Of a stretch of 64,000 nucleotides of DNA, positions 10,345 through 19,184 are shown one piece after another. This DNA is from an uncultured Actinomycetota bacterium. Lineage in GTDB: Bacteria; Actinomycetota; Actinomycetes; Propionibacteriales; Propionibacteriaceae. The notes beneath the pieces were generated by a model. That model did no database searches, was not told where the DNA came from, and saw only the letters and a program-made list of their open reading frames with translations. Every line of letters starts with the position of its first letter. Position 1 is the first letter of the stretch. The position numbers and the translations under genes were made by a program. The stretch covers positions 40,306-104,305 of the forward strand of contig CAWBUC010000020.1 in the NCBI GenBank assembly GCA_963791865.1, read 5' to 3'.

Positions 10345-11132
10345 CAGCACGTCACGTTGGCCGGTTTGATCACCGCTTCGTCGGGCGGAGGTCGGTCCGG
10401 GGCGGGGACGCGGTCGAAGGTGACCGGTCGCTGCAGCAGGCCCGCCCGACTGAGCGGGGCTGCGATAGCAAAGGCCGGTCCCACCACCAGGTTCTCGGGC
10501 ACGAACGCCGGCGAACCGCGGTACTCCAGGGACTGGTCGGAGAGGTGGCAGCGCGAGTCCGCACTCAGGTCACGATGGTCGCCCATCACGAAGATCCGTC
10601 CCGCCGGCACGACCACCTCGAAGCGGACCTCCGACGGCGCGATCTGTACGCCCTCGGGATCGGTGTAGAGGTAGCTGCGCTCGTCCAGCGCCACGCCGTT
10701 CACGGTGATCCGCCCGCTGCGGTCACAGCAGATCACCGTGTCCCCCGGCAGGCCGATCACCCGCTTGATCAGGTGCCCGGGACTGCTCGCGGTGGGAAAG
10801 CCGACGAACTCCAGGGCGGCATCCAACGGACCGCGCTGCGGCAGCGGTTCTCCGCCGAGCCAATCGCCCGGATCAGTGAACACGACGACATCCCCACGGG
10901 AATACCCGGTGATCTTTTGCACCACCACCCGGTCCCCGACGAGCAGCGTGTTCTCCATCGACTCCGACGGAATGATGAACATCTGGCCGACGAAGGCCCG
11001 CAGCAGGGACGACACGATGAGCGCGCCGATGACGACGAACGCCAGTTCCTTCGCAATTGACGTGAATCGTCGCCAGCCCGGAGCCCTCTTCGTCTCGGGC
11101 GGGGTATCGCTGCCCGGTATCACGCGGGTCAA
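10344..11132 (-). CDS. lepB: Signal peptidase I (copy 2)
   Basis: IPSESMENTL, LIKRVIGLPGD and MGDHR..SADSR motifs. Confidence 0.95.
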   Translation of the reverse strand: MTRVIPGSDTPPETKRAPGWRRFTSIAKELAFVVIGALIVSSLLRAFVGQMFIIPSESMENTLLVGDRVVVQKITGYSRGDVVVFTDPGDWLGGEPLPQRGPLDAALEFVGFPTASSPGHLIKRVIGLPGDTVICCDRSGRITVNGVALDERSYLYTDPEGVQIAPSEVRFEVVVPAGRIFVMGDHRDLSADSRCHLSDQSLEYRGSPAFVPENLVVGPAFAIAAPLSRAGLLQRPVTFDRVPAPDRPPPDEAVIKPANVTC

Positions 11133-11980
11133 CAGCGTGCCTCCGGTCCGGCATCGATGATCGGAGTCACCGGTGGGGGCGCGCCGGCGGGCACCCCGGC
11201 GTAGACGGCCGGCGTCGGGAGCTGGCCGACGTCGGCCAGCGGCCAGGCCACCGCGATGGCACGGCCGACCACCAGATCGAGAGACACAAAGGCATTCTCA
11301 CCCTTGACCGCACCCGCCTGCACATCATTGAGGTGACAGCGCGAGTCACGGCTGGCGCTCCGGTTGTCGCCCATCACGAAAACCCGATCGGCCGGCACGG
11401 TGACATCGAAGCGAATGTCGGAGGGCCGCACCATCTCCCCGCTCCGACTGCGGTAGAGGTAGCTGGTCTCGTCCAGCGGCTGGCCGTTGATCGAGATGCG
11501 GCCTCGCTTATCGCAGCAGATCACCCGGTCACCGGGCATCCCGATAAGGCGTTTGATCAGGTGCTCGGTCCCCGTGTCGGGAAGCACGCCGATGAACTCG
11601 AGCGCCTGACCGAAGGCTCCGCGCTCCGGGGTCACGGTGCCGACCAGCCAACCGCCGGGATCCTCGAACACCACGATCTGCCCGCGTTGCACCGACGTCA
11701 GCTTTTCGACCACCACCCGGTCGGTCACCTTCAGCGTGTTCTCCATCGACACCGAAGGGATGAGGAACATCTGGCCGACGAAGGCCCGCAGCAGCGACGA
11801 GACGATGATCGCGCCGATGACCACCGCGGTCAGCTCCTTGACGAAGGCCCACGTGTGCTGACCCAGACTTGTCTTGGCGGGGCGGACCTGGCTGTGACGT
11901 GTGGTGGTGGGGCTGGGCTCGCCGGGGGTGTGCTCGGCGGGCCGGCGCTCTACCTCGGGCTGAACGTCGGGGTCCGCCAT
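11129..11980 (-). CDS. lepB: Signal peptidase I (copy 1)
   Basis: IPSVSMENTL, LIKRLIGMPGD and MGDNRSASRDSR motifs; start ATG 11980 (the longer ORF overlaps rplS). Confidence 0.95.
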   Translation of the reverse strand: MADPDVQPEVERRPAEHTPGEPSPTTTRHSQVRPAKTSLGQHTWAFVKELTAVVIGAIIVSSLLRAFVGQMFLIPSVSMENTLKVTDRVVVEKLTSVQRGQIVVFEDPGGWLVGTVTPERGAFGQALEFIGVLPDTGTEHLIKRLIGMPGDRVICCDKRGRISINGQPLDETSYLYRSRSGEMVRPSDIRFDVTVPADRVFVMGDNRSASRDSRCHLNDVQAGAVKGENAFVSLDLVVGRAIAVAWPLADVGQLPTPAVYAGVPAGAPPPVTPIIDAGPEARC

Positions 11981-11997
11981 CGGCTGTGCGCGTGCGC

Positions 11998-12351
11998 TCA
12001 GTGAGCGTCGCGCTTTTCCTTGATCTTGGCGGCCTTGCCGCGCAGCCCCCGCAGGTAGTAGAGCTTGGCGCGGCGGACGTCGCCGCGGCGATCGATCTCG
12101 ATCTTGTCGATGATCGGGCTGTGCACCGGGAAGGTTCGCTCGACCCCGACGCCGAAACTCACCTTGCGGACGGTGAACGCCTCGCGGAGGCCGTCTCCGG
12201 AGCGCGAGATCACGACGCCGGTGAAAACCTGGATGCGGGAGCGGTTGCCCTCGACGACCTTGACGTGGACCTTGACGGTGTCCCCGGGTCGGAAGGCGGG
12301 TACATCGGTCCGCAGCGATGCGGAATCCAGCTCGGTGATGAGCTTGTTCAT
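11998..12351 (-). CDS. rplS: 50S ribosomal protein L19
   Basis: [16 protein letters not shown]...GVERTFP...[10 protein letters not shown]. Confidence 0.99.
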   Translation of the reverse strand: MNKLITELDSASLRTDVPAFRPGDTVKVHVKVVEGNRSRIQVFTGVVISRSGDGLREAFTVRKVSFGVGVERTFPVHSPIIDKIEIDRRGDVRRAKLYYLRGLRGKAAKIKEKRDAH

Positions 12352-12641
12352 GAGTGTCCCTCGTAGTGCCACAGGTCACCGATCTCGAGTTGTCAGTGAT
12401 TCTTGAGTTGCGTCTGAGCCTGGTGATCAAGCCGACCCGGCGAAGCGACCGACCCCCTGTGGCAGGCGTCGCGGATTCGTACGGGCAACAGCGACCAAGT
12501 CTGCCACAGCCGGCCAATTGCCTCGAAATCCGAGCCCAAGAGCCAGCCGCGTCGCGGTATGTACGGGGAGGAGGTTTATGCCGATGACAGCGGTATCCGG
12601 AAGGTCTACTCTTACGGCCAACCGGCGGAAGTTCATAAGCG

Positions 12642-15366
12642 ATGGTGGCTGTCGTCTTTGCGGAAAAGATGCGTCGTCCCGACCCCGGAGGTTTGGCTCG
12701 GCAACGCGTTGAGCAGCGGTTGGTCGGGCCCTCGGCACCACCGGTCGGGCTGGTGCTCGGCCCTGCGGGTAGCGGCAAGACGACCCTCCTCAGTCGCGTC
12801 GCGACCGCTTCACCGGCCAGGTCGGCGTGGTATCGCGCCGGAGCCGAGGACTCCGACGAGGCGGCCCTCGTGCTCCACCTCGCGCACTCCCTCGGTACGG
12901 CTCTCGGCGACGAGGCGGTCATCGCGTGCGGACGGTCCGGAGCCGTTGACGATCTGCTCAGCGCCTTGGAGCAGCAGGGGCCGTCACGTGCGGTCCAGCT
13001 CGTGGTCGACGACTTGCACGAACTGAGCGGGACGAGAGCCGAGACCGCCCTGGAAAGGTTCCTTACTCTGCGGCCGCGCAGCGTCCAGGTGCTGCTCGGG
13101 AGCCGCCGGCCGCCGGATCTCAACACCTCCCGCCTTCTCGTCTCCGGGGAGCTCGGCCAGGTGGACGCCGAGGATCTGCGCTTCCGGTCCTGGGAGGTCG
13201 AAGAGCTCTTCCGGGTGATCTATCGCCAAGCCCTCTCACCGGAGACCGCGGCGGCCCTCACCCGGCGCACCGGAGGCTGGGCGGCGGGACTGCAACTCTT
13301 CCACCTGGCCACCGCCGGATTGACGCGGCTGGAGCGAGAACGCGCCGTCGACGAGCTGAGTGGTCGCTCTCGGCTCATCCGCTCCTACCTCGCCCGCAAC
13401 GTGCTGGACGGGCTGGACCAGGCACGACGGGCCTTCCTCCTGCAGACCTGCACCCTGGGCGTCCTCCGCGCCTCGGTGTGCGACGAGTTGCTCGGCGCCA
13501 CCGGCAGCGCGGCGGTGCTGGCCGAACTCGAGCAGCAACAGTTTTTCACCAGCACCAGCGACAACGGCGCCACCTACCGCTACCACCAGGTCCTGCAGAC
13601 TCACCTCGAGGTGCTGCTGGTCGACGAGTGGGGGCCGACCAAGGCTCGAGAGCTGTACGCCCGGAGCGCTGAGCTCTTGGAGCGGGCCGGACTCACCGGC
13701 TCGGCGCTCCGGGCCCATGCCCGTGCCGAGGACTGGGGCGCCGTCGCCCGCCTTCTGCAGGAGACCTCGTCGGCACCACCCACCGACGAGCCCGACTGGA
13801 TAGGTGGTGTTCCCGGGCTGGCTCACGACGACCCCGGTCTGGTCGTGGCCAACGCCCGGCGGATGCTGCGCTCCGGACGGATCGATGCGGCGGTCGACGG
13901 CTTCCGAGTGGCCGCGTCCCTGCTCGACGATCTGGACTTCCGTGCTCGATGCGCCCTCGAGGGCGCTACGGCGGCAGAGTGGCTGGCGGCAGCGCCGGCG
14001 CCGGACGTGCACCAGGTCGCTCCGCAGAGTCGGAGTCTCCGGCTGTCCCGTGAGCTGCGCCAGCTGACGCGCAGTGTGGAGGATCCGGGTCGCGCGACGA
14101 CCGGGCTGGCGCGAGGCGTCGGTCTGGTGCTGGCCGGTGATCGTCACGGCGCCATGCTGGAGCTGGGGCAGGCGCGGTCCGAGCCCGACGCGGCGCCGTG
14201 GGAACTGCTCGCGATACGGCTGGCGGCTCTGCTGGCCGATGTCGACGGACCCTCGGAGTCGTCTGCGAGCCAACTGGAGCAGATCGTGCTGGCCGCCGAT
14301 CTGGAAGGGCTGCCGTGGCTGTCGCGCGTGGCGCGCGGGTTGCAGGCGGCGCTGGCGCTGGCGGATTCGCCGACACGGCCCGATCAGGCCGTACGGCGGC
14401 TCGGCCCCGCCGGCGATCTCATCGACGAGTGCGACCGTCAGGGCGACCCGTGGGGGTCTTGCCTGCTGGCGCTGGCCCTGGGGGCCGGTTGTCTGGCCGG
14501 GGGTCACGCAGGCGGCCGCGTCGTGGTTGGACCTTGCGGAGGAGCGCGCCAACCAGTTGGCCGCGCCGGTCCTGGGCGTCTGGGCCCGCCGCCTGAGGTC
14601 GTCGCCTCCGGACCGGCGACGCTCGAGACCGTCCGATACTGGGACGCCACGGGTCACGGCAGGGCCGCAGGTCCGGCTCAGCTGCCTCGGACGATTCGAG
14701 CTGTCGGTCGATGGCCGGGACGTGCCGTGGCGGACGCTGCGCCCGCGCGCGCAGTCGCTCCTCATGCTGCTGGCTCTGCACCAGGGCCGGGGCGTGCACC
14801 GGGAGGGCTTGATCGCAGACCTCTGGCCCGACGCCGCGCTCGCCTCGGGACTCAGGAGCCTGCAGGTGACGGTGTCCGCCGTCCGACACTGCCTGCTGAT
14901 CGCCGGGTTGACCGACGATTGCGTCCAGCGTCAAGGCGACGCGTACGCGCTGCGTCTGCCGGGCGCCGCTGCCGACCTCCAGGAGTTCGAGCTACTCCTC
15001 AAGCAGGGGGCCAGAGCCGAAACCGAGGGTGATCTCCACCGCGCGCTGGCCCACCGGCTGGCCGCACTCGATCTCTACGCCGGTGATCTGCTGCCGGAGA
15101 CGGGGCCGGCGGAGTGGGTCGTGCCGGAACGCGATCGGCTGCGCACCCTTGGTGCTCAAAACGGTGCTGAGGCGGCGGAGCTGGCGTGTCGCATGGCCGA
15201 CCTTCCGGCCGGGCTCCGCGCTGCCCGCCGTTCGCTGGAGCTGGATCCCTACCACGATCAGTCCTGGCGGCTGCTCGCCGATCTCTTCGAGCGGGCGGGT
15301 GACCACACCGCCGCCGCCGTGACCCGACGCGATCACGAACGGGTGTGCGCCGCCCTCGGGCTGTGA
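12642..15366 (+). CDS. MalT-like STAND ATPase with C-terminal winged-helix and BTAD (SARP-type) domains; frameshift near 14500
   Basis: Walker A GPAGSGKTT, LVVDDLH, TGGWAAGL, YRYH..LQ. After a shift in the G-run at ~14499-14503: LSCLGRFEL, LWPD and YAGDLLPE..EWV..ER, ALELDPY-like BTAD. Confidence 0.82.
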
Positions 15367-15383
15367 TCTCCGGCTCGCGCACC

Positions 15384-15758
15384 CCGGCGAGCGTCGTTAG
15401 CGGAGCGCCGGCTCGGTCTGGACGACCGAAGGAGCAGACGCGCTCTCCGGCGAGCGTCGTTAGCGCGGCGCCGACTCGGTCTGGACGACCGAAGGAGCAA
15501 CGCGCTCTCCGGCGAGCGTCGTTAGCGCAGCGCCGGCTCGGTCTGGACGACCGAAGGAGCAACGCGCTCTCCGGCGAGCGTCGTTAGCGCAGCGCCGGCT
15601 CGGTCTGGACGACCGAAGGAGCAGACTCGCTCTCCGGCGAGCGTCGTTAGCGCAGCGCCGGCTCGGTCTGGACGACCGAAGGAGCAACGCGTTCTCCGGC
15701 GAGCGTCGTTAGCGCAGCGCCGGCTCGGTCTGGACGAGCGAAGGAGCAGACGCGCTCT
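15384..15758 (+). repeat. Tandem array of six 62-63 bp units (type A)
   Basis: Unit CCGGCGAGCGTCGTTAGCGCAGCGCCGGCTCGGTCTGGACGACCGAAGGAGCA(G)ACGCGCTCT starts at 15384, 15447, 15509, 15571, 15634 and 15696; no spacers. Confidence 0.95.
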
Positions 15759-15760
15759 TT

Positions 15761-16009
15761 GTCTGCGACTGAGAGAGGAAGACCGAGTCATCAGGCGCGG
15801 AGCGTGCGCGAGCCGGACAACGCGTCTGCGACTGAGAGAGGAAGACCGAGTCACCAGGCGCGGAGCGTGCGCGAGCCGGACAACGCGTCTGCGAGTGAGA
15901 GAGGAAGACCGAGTCATCAGGCGCGGAGCGTGCGCGAGCCGGACAACGCGTCTGCGAGTGAGAGAGGAAGACCGAGTCACCAGGCGCGGAGCGTGCGCGA
16001 GCCGGACAA
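15761..16009 (+). repeat. Tandem array of four 63 bp units (type B)
   Basis: Unit GTCTGCGA(C/G)TGAGAGAGGAAGACCGAGTCA(T/C)CAGGCGCGGAGCGTGCGCGAGCCGGACAACGC starts at 15761, 15824, 15887 and 15950. Confidence 0.95.
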
Positions 16010-16024
16010 TACGACAAACACAGC

Positions 16025-18421
16025 TCAGCGCCGTACGAGTAGCCCCCCGATGTAGCCGATGATGCAGCCGGCGAGCACCAGCACCGCCCCCTGCCCGAGC
16101 GCCCCGTTCCTGTTCACCAACACGAACGCGATCAGCAGGCCAGCCACGACCACGGCGGCAAGTAGCGCCGCCAGCCGGGTGAGTCGGCCTTTCGGCCCGG
16201 TCAGGCCGAACATCATCAAGACGCCCAGGGCGATCAGCACCAGCCCGACCGTGATGAGAATCTCGAAGCCGGCCAGGATCACGGACCCGTCGAACTCCTG
16301 CGCAACCTCGTTGATGTTGAAGCCGGTCGCGGTCTCGTCGTCTCCCGCCCGGAACGGCAGCAGCGCACCCAGGATCACCGCGAGTCCACCGAGCAGCGTC
16401 AGGAGGCCACGGAACACGGGTCGCATCGATCGTCGCTCCGGTGCCGACTGGACCAAGGTGCCTTCGGCCTTGACCTCCGTTCGGCCGTCGCTGGCCAGGA
16501 CGGCGAAGGGCCGGGTCAGCTCCTGGCCGGCGGAGGCCCGCGGAGCCTCCACGGTTACCAGAGCGGTGGTCACCGAACCCGGCGGGATCTCGAGCATCCC
16601 GGGGTTGAACGTGAAGTGCACGATGTTCTGCGGATCGTCGCCGCGCATCGAGACGCGGACCGGCTGCGTTCCGCGACGGTTGTCCAACACCGCGGTGACC
16701 TGCCCGCGGCGCCCGCTCGAAAGATGCAGCACGCTCGGGTCCACCTGCATGCTCAGCACCTCGATGGCGGCGCGAGAGGAGGCCTGGACCAAGGACCCGG
16801 ACGCTTCAACCGCTCGCTCGCCGTCGCTGGCGACGACCGTGAACTGCCGCGTCGACTCCTCCCCGGGCGGCGGGCGCCACGCGTCGAGTTGGAGACGCAC
16901 CTGAGCAGTCTGACCGGGTTCGAGGTCGACGACCGCGGGCGAGAAGGTGAAGCGCATGGCGCCCTCGGGATCGCTGCCCTGCAGGAAGATCCGAACCGCC
17001 GCCTGTCCCTTGCGGTTGTCGACGAGCACGCTGAGTGCGCCGCCGTCGGCGTCCTGGGCGCGCACCACCATTGGCTCGAGCCGCACGGCCAACGTAGCCA
17101 TCGGCGAGGCGCTGGCCGCCTGGCTGAACGTCGCGGTCGCGCTGGCGGTGCGCAACCCATCGTGGGCGGCCACGGTCACCGTACGCGAGACCTCGGTCCC
17201 GGCATCGGGCAGCGGGGCTTCGAAGCTCACCTCGGTCTGCGCGGTCCGACCCGGCGGCACATGGAGCACCGGAATCGCCCAGCCCACCTGCACGACCCGC
17301 TCGGGATCGCTCGCCTGCAGTCGTAGGTGAGCCCATTCGGTCCCCGCCCGGTTGTCGGCTACCACCTGCGCCGTGCCCGACGTGGTGTTGCGCACCCGGA
17401 CCAGGCTGGGCACGACCTCGAGCTTGACGAGCGGGTCCTCCACCCGGGCGGTGGTCGACTGCTGCATCGTTACCAGGGTCTCGACGCTCCGGTCGCCGTC
17501 GAGAGCGGTCAGGGTCAGGGCCCGCGAGACCTCTTGTCCCGCTTCCGGGCCGGCCGCCCGAGCGGAGAACGAGACCGAGCCGGTGGCCCCCGGCCCGACC
17601 TCCAGCACCGGCGGATCGAAGCGGAACTGCACGGCCAGTTCGGGATCGGAGCCGGAGAACTGGAGGTGGATCTTCCGGTTGCTTCTCGTGTTGTCGACCA
17701 GCAACCGGCCGTCGGCGGAGTCGCGATCGCGCACGCGGAGCAGGCGCGGTTCGGCCCGCAGGAGAACCGGGACGTCGACGACCGGAACGGTGATCCAGAC
17801 TCCGAGTTCGGAACGCGCCGGAGCCTGGCTCAGGGAACGGACCCGCAACACGAGTTGGTTTCGCTGCGCGGGCACGAGGGCCTCGGAGATGATCCGGATC
17901 CGTACCGCCATGACGTCTTCGACGCCCGGCAGCAGATGCAAGTCGCTGGATTCGACCGACAGCCAACTCGGCGCACCCGGGGCCTCGATCGTGTATCCGT
18001 CGACGATGGCGGAGGTGTTGGACACCCGTAGGTTCAAGGCGGCGACCTCGCCGGTCGCCGGGACCGTGACGGCGTTCTGCTCGGCCACCACCCCGAACAG
18101 ACCGAGGCTTGGGTCGCTCGGCGCCTCCCGTAACTCCTCCTGGCGCACCGGAGCCGGTGACGTCTCCTGCTGAGGCGGCCGGGCACCGTCGGGGGGAAGA
18201 TCGGAGATCCGCGGGATCATGCGGGTCTCGACGTTCTGTTCGGGCTGCCGAACCGGCTCGGGTTGTCGAGGCGCCGGCGGTGCAGACGGCTGGCCTACGG
18301 GATGCTGGCGCACTGGTGCCTGGTCGGTCTCGTCCCAGGCAAGGAAGGCGTGACAGTACTGGCAGAACTCGGTGCCGGCCGGATTGCGTTCACCGCATTC
18401 GGGGCAGACGTAGGTCGTCAT
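16025..18421 (-). CDS. Zinc-ribbon protein with ~5 Ig-like repeats and four C-terminal TM helices (CIS-associated)
   Basis: GGAGG RBS before ATG 18421; CPECG..N..FCQYC; four clear ~112-aa repeats (DNR.G...SDPE...P.V...PG); hydrophobic C-terminus. Confidence 0.85.
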   Translation of the reverse strand: MTTYVCPECGERNPAGTEFCQYCHAFLAWDETDQAPVRQHPVGQPSAPPAPRQPEPVRQPEQNVETRMIPRISDLPPDGARPPQQETSPAPVRQEELREAPSDPSLGLFGVVAEQNAVTVPATGEVAALNLRVSNTSAIVDGYTIEAPGAPSWLSVESSDLHLLPGVEDVMAVRIRIISEALVPAQRNQLVLRVRSLSQAPARSELGVWITVPVVDVPVLLRAEPRLLRVRDRDSADGRLLVDNTRSNRKIHLQFSGSDPELAVQFRFDPPVLEVGPGATGSVSFSARAAGPEAGQEVSRALTLTALDGDRSVETLVTMQQSTTARVEDPLVKLEVVPSLVRVRNTTSGTAQVVADNRAGTEWAHLRLQASDPERVVQVGWAIPVLHVPPGRTAQTEVSFEAPLPDAGTEVSRTVTVAAHDGLRTASATATFSQAASASPMATLAVRLEPMVVRAQDADGGALSVLVDNRKGQAAVRIFLQGSDPEGAMRFTFSPAVVDLEPGQTAQVRLQLDAWRPPPGEESTRQFTVVASDGERAVEASGSLVQASSRAAIEVLSMQVDPSVLHLSSGRRGQVTAVLDNRRGTQPVRVSMRGDDPQNIVHFTFNPGMLEIPPGSVTTALVTVEAPRASAGQELTRPFAVLASDGRTEVKAEGTLVQSAPERRSMRPVFRGLLTLLGGLAVILGALLPFRAGDDETATGFNINEVAQEFDGSVILAGFEILITVGLVLIALGVLMMFGLTGPKGRLTRLAALLAAVVVAGLLIAFVLVNRNGALGQGAVLVLAGCIIGYIGGLLVRR

Positions 18422-18650
18422 TGTCGCCCGGCCTCCTCGCTTCGAGACCTCAGCACTTCGCACCTCCTCCGCCGAAGTGCGTACTTGTGGGAATTGTGTC
18501 ATGATCAGCCGTTTCGTGAGCAACGCGTGGCGCCCGACGACTATCCGGATGGGGATCGTCGCGCTGACTGAGGGAGTCGCGAAACGCCTCCCTGATACGC
18601 CGGTTCATATTCGGCCGACGAAGCCGCACGGAAATGGCGTGCACCAGTTC

Positions 18651-19184
18651 TCATACCTCCTGGACGCGGTAGCGCACGTGCGCCGGCAGGGCCGACGCGA
18701 TCACCGCATCCAGTCGCTCGAGGTCGAGCTCGCGCCCGGGTTCGGAGCGCGCGGTCACGACGACACGCGGAATCGCCTCGCCCGGCAGATTGCCGCCCGC
18801 CGACTCCGACCAGGCCGCGGCACCCGTCTCCGAGACCGTCACCTCGATCCCGAGCGCCGTCCGGATGGCCAGAGCGACGCCGGCTGCCGTGCCGCGGACC
18901 AGGTGCAGTTCGCGGGCCAGGCCCAGCAATTCGCGCTGAGCCTCCGCCTCCTGGCGCGGATCCAGGTTCACACCGAGCCATTGGCCGAGCCAGGGCAGCA
19001 TGTCTTCCGGAGTCGTACCGACGTCGAGGTACGCGGCGAAAGAATCCAGACTGAGCATGACCGGCGTCAACACCTCGTCCAGGCCGGCGCACAGCTGACG
19101 GGCGAAGACATCCTCGCGGAGCATCGCCGGCAGGGTGTCCGCCAACGGGGCCGGCGTCGCGGTCCCCTCCAGCAGCCCTCTCAT
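18651..19184 (-). CDS. Phage tail / baseplate wedge protein (P2 gpI-like)
   Basis: LP..REDVF, DEVLTP, LPWLGQWLGV, RGTAAG and LPAHV motifs. Confidence 0.9.
   Translation of the reverse strand: MRGLLEGTATPAPLADTLPAMLREDVFARQLCAGLDEVLTPVMLSLDSFAAYLDVGTTPEDMLPWLGQWLGVNLDPRQEAEAQRELLGLARELHLVRGTAAGVALAIRTALGIEVTVSETGAAAWSESAGGNLPGEAIPRVVVTARSEPGRELDLERLDAVIASALPAHVRYRVQEV

Noticed and set aside
10344-11980. Tandem lepB duplication as a novelty
   Set aside because: Several lepB genes after rplS are common in actinobacteria.
11129-13126. 665-aa extended signal peptidase
   Set aside because: The extension overlaps rplS and the antisense of the regulator; the real start is 11980.
15384-16009. CRISPR array
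   Set aside because: Units are contiguous 62-63 bp tandem copies without unique spacers, and no cas genes are present.
14999-16055. Repetitive ORFs spanning the A/B array
   Set aside because: They are open only because the repeat lacks stops; unit lengths of 62 and 63 bp break frame and there is no RBS.
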